Source: Candidatus Coatesbacteria bacterium (GTDB taxonomy: Bacteria; RBG-13-66-14). From it: 11,913 nt of DNA. The position numbers were made by a program, and so were the translations under genes. This document shows positions 6,699-11,913 of the stretch, piece by piece. The notes beneath the pieces are model-generated. The model had not been told where the DNA came from. It did not search any database and saw only the letters and a program-made list of their open reading frames with translations. The stretch is taken from assembly GCA_014728185.1 (NCBI GenBank), contig WJMB01000163.1, positions 1 through 11,913 on the forward strand, read 5' to 3'. Positions within the stretch are counted from its first letter, which is position 1. Each line of letters starts with the position of its first letter.

Positions 6699-7456
6699 CA
6701 GACGCTCCCGGTGATGGTGATTCGACGCAACGTCGCGAACAGAAGGCGCAGGGCGGCTTCGTCGGGCGGACGCTGGGCTTTGATCCCACAGGCCAGGCCG
6801 GCGCCGGGTTCGGGAGAAACGAAGAGGGGCGCTTGAAGAGCGGACGGAGCGGGTTCCCGCCAGGCGTCCAGCAGTACCGCCGCGGGCAAATCTCCGGCCC
6901 CGGCGAGGGCGGCCAGCTCCGCCGGTTCGGGGTGGCGGACGAACCCGGTCAGGGCGAAATCGCCCCGGGCGGCGTGGAGCACGCCGTCGTCCTCCATCAA
7001 CCCGGCTTCGAGCTCGGCGGGACGGCAGCGATTGGTCGTGCCGTAGCGCCGCACCTCGAGGCCGGCACCATCGAGCACGGCGTCCAGCCGGCGGCCGTCG
7101 GCCAGGGTCAGCAACTGGCCTCGGCAGATCCAGACGCGGTGACAACCACACCCGGTGAACCACTCCGCTGCGCTGGAGGCGGCGTCGGCCACGGGGGCGG
7201 GTTCGTCCCGGCCGTAGAGCTCGGCGGCCAACAGGCCGACCAGGGCAGCCAGGCGCTCGAGGCTGGGCTCTCCGAGGAGCTCCCCGAGCCAGTCGGCGGC
7301 CACGGCGACCACCTCATCCACGGAAGCCGGCCGCAGCGCCAGGCGACAGAGCCCGGTAAGGACACCGGGTCTCAATTGCTCCGCCATCTCACCCGCCAGC
7401 CCGACGAGCCTGCGCCGGACCCGGTCGACGCCGGGGGGATACCGTCGTACGCTCAT
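6698..7456 (-). CDS. Hypothetical protein (Cys-containing, unknown family), translationally coupled to the MarC-family gene
   Basis: - Preferred start is the ATG at 7456..7454 (MSVRRYPPGV...) with a GAGAGGCGGAAG Shine-Dalgarno. The track start at 7510 is a GTG with no Shine-Dalgarno.
- Its TGA stop overlaps the MarC ATG (TGATG at 6700..6696).
- Contains a Cys cluster, TGCGCHRVWIC.
- I cannot assign a family from memory.
- GC3 and length are consistent with coding. Confidence 0.5.
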   Translation of the reverse strand: MSVRRYPPGVDRVRRRLVGLAGEMAEQLRPGVLTGLCRLALRPASVDEVVAVAADWLGELLGEPSLERLAALVGLLAAELYGRDEPAPVADAASSAAEWFTGCGCHRVWICRGQLLTLADGRRLDAVLDGAGLEVRRYGTTNRCRPAELEAGLMEDDGVLHAARGDFALTGFVRHPEPAELAALAGAGDLPAAVLLDAWREPAPSALQAPLFVSPEPGAGLACGIKAQRPPDEAALRLLFATLRRITITGSV

Positions 7457-7522
7457 CTTCCGCCTCTCGCTCAACAGTTCGGCTAACTCTACTACTGTTT
7501 CCGATATCACGTCAAACCCCGG

Positions 7523-7551
7523 TTGACTAACCCCGAACGCGATGCTACACT
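7523..7551 (+). promoter_or_regulatory. Candidate sigma70 promoter (TTGACT-N17-TACACT) upstream of era
   Basis: TTGACT (7523-7528), a 17-nt spacer, TACACT (7546-7551). It lies in the divergent intergenic region between the minus-strand hypothetical gene and era, and implies a leader of about 290 nt. Confidence 0.3.
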
Positions 7552-7847
7552 TCCCCGCGCGGTGCGGCCGATATAGGGCTCAAGCCGGTATTCGACGCCC
7601 AATTTCTTCGGCGCTCCAGGTATTCGGCACCGCGAACCAGCTCCTTTCGCCGGACGTTAACGACCCATGGCGGAGGCACTCCAGACCGACAGCCGGGCGC
7701 GGCGCGCCAAGCGACGGACGCCCGGTCCTTGTAAACAACGACTTACGGCCCCGTACCCGACCGCCCGGGTATCGTGCCGTTACTTTGTTTTACGCCGTTA
7801 ACGCGACACCGGGCCGATCCGAGACAATCTCGACTGGCGATTCGACT

Positions 7848-8786
7848 ATGGACCAGCCAACCCCGCCCGACGGCGCACACGGCGCCGACGGATTTCGCAG
7901 CGGCTTCGTCGCCCTGCTGGGCCGCCCCAACGTGGGCAAGTCCACCCTACTCAACGCCCTGCTGGGCGAGCGGGTCGCCCCGACCAACCCCAAACCCCAA
8001 ACGACCCGCCGCCGCCTGCGCGGCATCCTGACCTCCCCCGAACACCAGATCGTTTTCATCGACACCCCGGGCTTCCACGAGCCCCAGGATAACCTGGGCT
8101 CCCACCTGGTGGCCGCAGCGCGCTCCGCCGTGACCCAAAGCGACGCCGTGCTGCTGCTCTGGGACGCCCGCGAGGTGCTTCCCGTCGATCTGGAGCTGCT
8201 GGAGCTGGTCCGCTCCGCCCGACGCCCTCTGGTGCTCGGGCTCAACAAGGTCGATCTGCTCGAGAACGCCACGCCCGACGGTCCCCTCCCCGACCCCCCT
8301 CCCGAGGCCGTCGCGGCGATCGCCGAGTTCGGCCTGCGTCTGAGCGCCCTCAACAGCGTCGGGCTGAGCGAGCTGGTGGCGCGCCTGGCCGCCCTGCTCC
8401 CCGAAGGTCCGCTGTACTACGACCCCGAGCAGATCACCGCCGAGCCGCTGCGCGAGCTGGCCGCCGAGTTCATCCGCGAGGCCGCCCTGGACTGCCTGCA
8501 CCAAGAGGTGCCCTACGCCCTGGAGGCCCGCATCGAGGAGTTCGCTCCCCGCAGCGCCGAGCTGACCTTCATCGCCGCCCGACTCTTCGTCGAGCGGGAC
8601 AGCCAGGTCGGCATCGTCGTGGGGCGCGGCGGGGAGCGGCTGCGCAAGATAGGCACCCTGGCCCGCAGCCTGCTGGAAGAGCTGCTCGAAACCCAGGTTT
8701 ATCTAGATCTGCGCGTGAAAGTCAAACCCAAATGGCGCAAGGACGAAAGCGCCCTGCGCGAGTTCGGTTACCACCGACAAGGCTGA
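7848..8786 (+). CDS. era: GTPase Era
   Basis: - G1 GRPNVGKST, G2 TTR, G3 DTPG, G4 NKVD.
- C-terminal KH domain (VGIVVGRGGERLRKIG...YLDLRVKVKPKWRKDE).
- The ATG at 7848 gives about 24 aa before G1, as in E. coli Era.
- The ORF-track extension back to 7542 is Arg/Pro-rich and unlikely to be coding. Confidence 0.9.
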   Translation: MDQPTPPDGAHGADGFRSGFVALLGRPNVGKSTLLNALLGERVAPTNPKPQTTRRRLRGILTSPEHQIVFIDTPGFHEPQDNLGSHLVAAARSAVTQSDAVLLLWDAREVLPVDLELLELVRSARRPLVLGLNKVDLLENATPDGPLPDPPPEAVAAIAEFGLRLSALNSVGLSELVARLAALLPEGPLYYDPEQITAEPLRELAAEFIREAALDCLHQEVPYALEARIEEFAPRSAELTFIAARLFVERDSQVGIVVGRGGERLRKIGTLARSLLEELLETQVYLDLRVKVKPKWRKDESALREFGYHRQG

Positions 8787-8787
8787 G

Positions 8788-9174
8788 ATGACTAAACACG
8801 AGCTGGAGAAAACGCCGGTCCGCATCTTCGAGGTTTGGTGCAAGGGCTGCGGCGTGTGCGTGAATTTCTGCCCCAAGGACGTCCTGGCGCTGAGCCACCA
8901 CGGCAAAGCCTACGTGGCCAATCCCCAGCGCTGCATCCAGTGCGGGCTCTGCGAACGCCTCTGCCCCGACTTCGCCGTGACCGTCTCGCCCAAGCCGAAG
9001 GCCGAGAAGGCCAAGGCCGAGAAAGCAGAAAAGGGCTCCGACGACGGCGAACCGAAGCCCAAGCCGAAACCCAAGAAAACCGCCGATACGGCCGAGAAGC
9101 CCGCGGCGGACAAGCCCGACAAGGGCGAGCCGGCCGGAAAAGAAAAGGCCGGGAAGGAGAGCAGCGGTGGCTAA
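8788..9174 (+). CDS. korD: 2-oxoacid:ferredoxin oxidoreductase delta subunit (2x[4Fe-4S] ferredoxin) with a Lys/Pro/Glu-rich C-terminal tail
   Basis: - The ATG at 8788 is 1 nt after the era TGA.
- Two CxxCxxCxxxCP motifs (CKGCGVCVNFCP, CIQCGLCERLCP).
- Sits first in a D-A-B-G operon, like Helicobacter OorD.
- The roughly 60-aa tail KPKAEKAKAEKAEKGSDDGEPKPKPKPKK...GKEKAGKESSGG is low-complexity.
- The stop overlaps the korA GTG by 8 nt. Confidence 0.85.
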   Translation: MTKHELEKTPVRIFEVWCKGCGVCVNFCPKDVLALSHHGKAYVANPQRCIQCGLCERLCPDFAVTVSPKPKAEKAKAEKAEKGSDDGEPKPKPKPKKTADTAEKPAADKPDKGEPAGKEKAGKESSGG

Positions 9175-10360
9175 GAAACAGACCCTCAAGCCCAAAGACC
9201 CCCGACTGCACTTCACCTCGGGCAACGAGGCCGTCGGCCTGGGCGCGCTCTACGCCGGCTGCAACTTCTTCGGCGGCTACCCGATCACCCCCTCCACCGA
9301 GGTGGCCGAGCTGATGGCCCGGGAGCTGCCCAAGCGCGGCGGGACCTTCATCCAGATGGAGGACGAGATCGCCTCGATGGCCTCGATCATCGGCGCCAGC
9401 CTGGCCGGGGCCAAATCGATGACCGCCACCTCGGGACCCGGCTTCTCGCTGATGCAGGAGAACCTGGGCTTCGCCTGCATCACCGAGGTGCCCTGCGTTA
9501 TAGCCAACGTGATGCGCGGCGGCCCCTCCACCGGGCTGCCCACCAAGGTCTCCCAGGCCGACGTGATGCAAGCCCGCTGGGGCACCCACGGCGACCACCC
9601 CATCCTGGTGCTCAGTCCGGACTCGGTCCAGGAATGCTTCGACCTCACCGTCACAGCCTTCAACCTCTCCGAGAAGTACCGCACCCCGGTGATCCTGCTT
9701 TCCGACGAGACCATCGGCCATATGCACGAGGTCATCCGCATCCCCGAGCCCGGAGACATGCCGGTCATCGAGCGCGAGGCCTCGGCGGAGATCCCGGCGG
9801 ACTGGTACAAGCCCTACGACTACGGCGTCCACTCCACCGCACCGCTGATCCCCTTCGGCGAGGGCTATCGCTATCACGTCACCGGCCTGACCCACGACGA
9901 GCAGGGCTTCCCCACCGGTCGCCCCGACGAATCGCGGAAGATGCTCGAGCACCTGCTGGGCAAAATCGAGCACGCCAAGGACGTCTACCACGTCGAAAGG
10001 CTCTATCTGGAGGACGCCGACTCGGCGATCATCGCCTACGGCTGCACCGCCCGGGTCTGCAAGCGGACCATCTACACCGTGCGTCACGAGGGCGTCAAGT
10101 GCGGCATGCTGCGCCTGAAGACCATCTGGCCCTTGCCGGTGCGCGAGATCGACGAGGTCTGCGAGCAGAACGACGTCATCTTCGTCCCCGAGCTCAACAG
10201 CGGTCAGTTGATGCGCGCCGTCAAGCGGGTCAACCGCGGACGGGCCACCATCGTACCGATCAACCGCATCGACGGCCAGCTCTTCAACCCCCACGACGTC
10301 GCCGAGATGATCATCAACCGCAGCCACGGCATCGACGAATCCGACCAGCTCATCATCTAA
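9167..10360 (+). CDS. korA: 2-oxoacid (2-oxoglutarate/pyruvate):ferredoxin oxidoreductase alpha subunit
   Basis: - GTG start at 9167 with a GGGAAGGAGAG Shine-Dalgarno.
- The N-terminus FTSGNEAVGLGALYAGCNFFGGYPITPSTEV matches the KorA/PorA signature (GNEA...AGC.FF.GYPITPS.E).
- The length of about 397 aa is typical. Confidence 0.9.
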   Translation: MAKKQTLKPKDPRLHFTSGNEAVGLGALYAGCNFFGGYPITPSTEVAELMARELPKRGGTFIQMEDEIASMASIIGASLAGAKSMTATSGPGFSLMQENLGFACITEVPCVIANVMRGGPSTGLPTKVSQADVMQARWGTHGDHPILVLSPDSVQECFDLTVTAFNLSEKYRTPVILLSDETIGHMHEVIRIPEPGDMPVIEREASAEIPADWYKPYDYGVHSTAPLIPFGEGYRYHVTGLTHDEQGFPTGRPDESRKMLEHLLGKIEHAKDVYHVERLYLEDADSAIIAYGCTARVCKRTIYTVRHEGVKCGMLRLKTIWPLPVREIDEVCEQNDVIFVPELNSGQLMRAVKRVNRGRATIVPINRIDGQLFNPHDVAEMIINRSHGIDESDQLII

Positions 10361-10394
10361 ACCCGGCCCGCCGGGACAAACCACGGAGCGCGAG

Positions 10395-11237
10395 GTGCGC
10401 CAGGAATCGCTGACCCTGTCCTATCTGCGGACGCGCAAGAAGTTCCCCAGCGTCTGGTGCCCGGGCTGCAGCCTGGGGATCATCATGGGGGCCCTGATCC
10501 GGGCCATCGACCAACTGGGGCTCCCCCAGGACGACGTCGTGCTGGCCTCGGGCATCGGCTGCACCGGCCGAATGCCCGTCTACGCCGACTTCAACACCCT
10601 CCACGGCACCCACGGTCGGGCCCTGGCCTTCTCCACCGGCATCAAGCTGGCCAACCCCCGGCTCAAGGTGATCACCGTGATGGGCGACGGCGACGCCACG
10701 GCCATCGGCGGCAACCACTTCATCCACACCGCCCGGCGAAACCTGGACATCACCGCCGTCATAGCCAACAACAACATCTACGGCATGACCGGCGGCCAGT
10801 ACTCGCCGACCACCAAGCCGGGGATGAAGGCCTCCACCGCGCCCTACGGCATGGTCGAGCCGCCCTTCGACGTCTGCGAGCTGGCCCGCGGCGCCGGGGC
10901 GCCCTTTGTCGCCCGCACAACCAGCTACCACGCCGCCCAGATGACCAAGCTCTTCGCCCGGGCCATCGACAAGAAGGGCCTGGGAGTCGTCGAGGTGGTC
11001 AGCCACTGCTACACCACCGCCGGACGCCGCAACGGCTTCAAGGGACCCGTCGAGATGATGGAGCGGGAGAAGGAGCTGGCCGTTCCGCTGACCGGCTACC
11101 TCAAGCGCAAACAGAAGGACCCGGAACACACCCTGGCCGAGGGCGAGTTCCTCACCGGGGTCTTCGTCGACATCGACCGGCCCGAGTTCTGTGAGGTCTA
11201 CGACGAGCTGCGCCGGCGCGTCAGGGAGGATTCCTAA
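10395..11237 (+). CDS. korB: 2-oxoacid:ferredoxin oxidoreductase beta subunit (TPP-binding)
   Basis: - GTG start at 10395 with a GGAGCG 4 nt upstream.
- WCPGCSLG near the N-terminus.
- TPP-binding motif GDGDATAIGGNHFIHTARRNLDITAVIANNNIYGMTGGQ. Confidence 0.9.
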   Translation: MRQESLTLSYLRTRKKFPSVWCPGCSLGIIMGALIRAIDQLGLPQDDVVLASGIGCTGRMPVYADFNTLHGTHGRALAFSTGIKLANPRLKVITVMGDGDATAIGGNHFIHTARRNLDITAVIANNNIYGMTGGQYSPTTKPGMKASTAPYGMVEPPFDVCELARGAGAPFVARTTSYHAAQMTKLFARAIDKKGLGVVEVVSHCYTTAGRRNGFKGPVEMMEREKELAVPLTGYLKRKQKDPEHTLAEGEFLTGVFVDIDRPEFCEVYDELRRRVREDS

Positions 11238-11238
11238 G

Positions 11239-11847
11239 ATGTACGGCAACGGCACCATCGTCCACGGCACCCATATGCAGGTCGTGCGCTTCGCCGGCTC
11301 CGGCGGCCAGGGCCTGATGACCTCGGGACGTATCCTGGCCCTGGCGGCCGGCGTCTACGAGGGCGCCGTCGTCCTGCAGACCCAGAGCTATGGCCCCGAG
11401 GCCCGCGGCGGCGCCGCGCGAAGCCAGGTCTGCATCTCCGACGCCCCGATCAACAACCTCAACCCCAGCCGCATCGACGTCCTGGTCTCGCTGAACCAAA
11501 GCTCCTGCGACAAGTACTTCGGTGACCTGAAGGAAGACGGCACGCTGATCATCGACTCCAGCTACGTCAACGAGCTGCCCACCGACAACGGCTACAGCTT
11601 CCCCTTCACCTTCTACTGCCGAGATAAGCTGGGCAACCCCGTAGTCGCCAACATCATGGCCCTGGCCTACATGGTGGCCGTCACCGAGGTCATCAGCCGC
11701 GACGCCCTCGAAGCCGCCGTCACCAACAACGTCCCCCAGCGCTTCATCAAGCTCAACCTCAAGGCGCTGGAGGCCGGCTTCCGCGAGGGCGAATCCGCCA
11801 AGGCCGAACGCCGCCGCCAAAGCGGCTTCATCGACACCCAGATCTGA
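11239..11847 (+). CDS. korC: 2-oxoacid:ferredoxin oxidoreductase gamma subunit
   Basis: - The ATG at 11239 with an AGGGAGGA Shine-Dalgarno 7 nt upstream, 1 nt after the korB TAA. The track start at 11191 overlaps korB and lacks a Shine-Dalgarno.
- FAGSGGQG motif.
- POR/KOR gamma family length of about 200 aa. Confidence 0.85.
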   Translation: MYGNGTIVHGTHMQVVRFAGSGGQGLMTSGRILALAAGVYEGAVVLQTQSYGPEARGGAARSQVCISDAPINNLNPSRIDVLVSLNQSSCDKYFGDLKEDGTLIIDSSYVNELPTDNGYSFPFTFYCRDKLGNPVVANIMALAYMVAVTEVISRDALEAAVTNNVPQRFIKLNLKALEAGFREGESAKAERRRQSGFIDTQI

Positions 11848-11913
11848 CACCGCCGCCGACTCTGGCGCCCCGAAAGCCGGGATGTTAGAATACTCGGACC
11901 CGCTGTCCCGACA

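Noticed and set aside
6699-7163. N-terminal 150-aa extension of the MarC ORF (track ORF 6102..7163)
   Set aside because: The extension is Arg/Pro-rich (RRRAPRRPGRFRPDRVRPPPR...) and overlaps the upstream hypothetical gene in another frame. The true start, MPPFLAQ at 6698, has a GGGAG Shine-Dalgarno and is coupled through TGATG.
7542-7847. Upstream in-frame extension of era (track ORF starts at 7542)
   Set aside because: It is Arg/Pro-rich with no Shine-Dalgarno. The ATG at 7848 gives the canonical roughly 24-aa spacing to the G1 P-loop. This is retained as a possible leader RNA instead.
8792-10384. 530-aa minus-strand ORF spanning the korD-korA region
   Set aside because: It is antisense to well-supported oxidoreductase genes. 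Its composition is low-complexity G/D/A/V/R-rich (GGGAAAHHVG...). It is a high-GC artefact with few stop codons.
10353-11850. Minus-strand ORFs 10353..11270 (305 aa) and 11221..11850 (209 aa)
   Set aside because: They are antisense to korB and korC. They are Gly/Asp/Val/Ala repetitive with no Shine-Dalgarno. Spurious.

Overview
This is a high-GC (about 65-70%) bacterial chromosomal segment made up of housekeeping genes and conserved hypothetical genes. I found no mobile element, CRISPR array, tRNA/rRNA or recognisable defence island. Calls in order:
- A secreted Gly/Asn-repeat protein of the toastrack/DUF4097 type (+ strand).
- An unannotated RNase P RNA (rnpB, type A) on the minus strand, spurious + strand ORFs overlap it. 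It has a near-consensus sigma70 promoter.
- A Band_7_1/SPFH-like protein with a tandem C-terminal zinc ribbon (minus strand).
- A translationally coupled pair (minus strand): a dCTP-deaminase-fold protein followed by YbaN/DUF454 membrane protein.
- A protein with a DUF4388-like N-terminus and lower GC than its neighbours (minus strand).
- A roughly 520-bp AT-rich intergenic region containing a 10-bp palindrome.
- A MarC-family membrane protein translationally coupled (TGATG) to an upstream Cys-containing protein of unknown function (minus strand).
- On the + strand, the GTPase era fused to a four-gene 2-oxoacid:ferredoxin oxidoreductase operon in delta-alpha-beta-gamma order (korD/korA/korB/korC, oorDABC-like). 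The delta ferredoxin carries an unusual Lys/Pro/Glu-rich C-terminal tail.
- Many long Arg/Gly/Pro-rich ORFs in the six-frame track are high-GC artefacts. All motif comparisons are from memory; I ran no searches.
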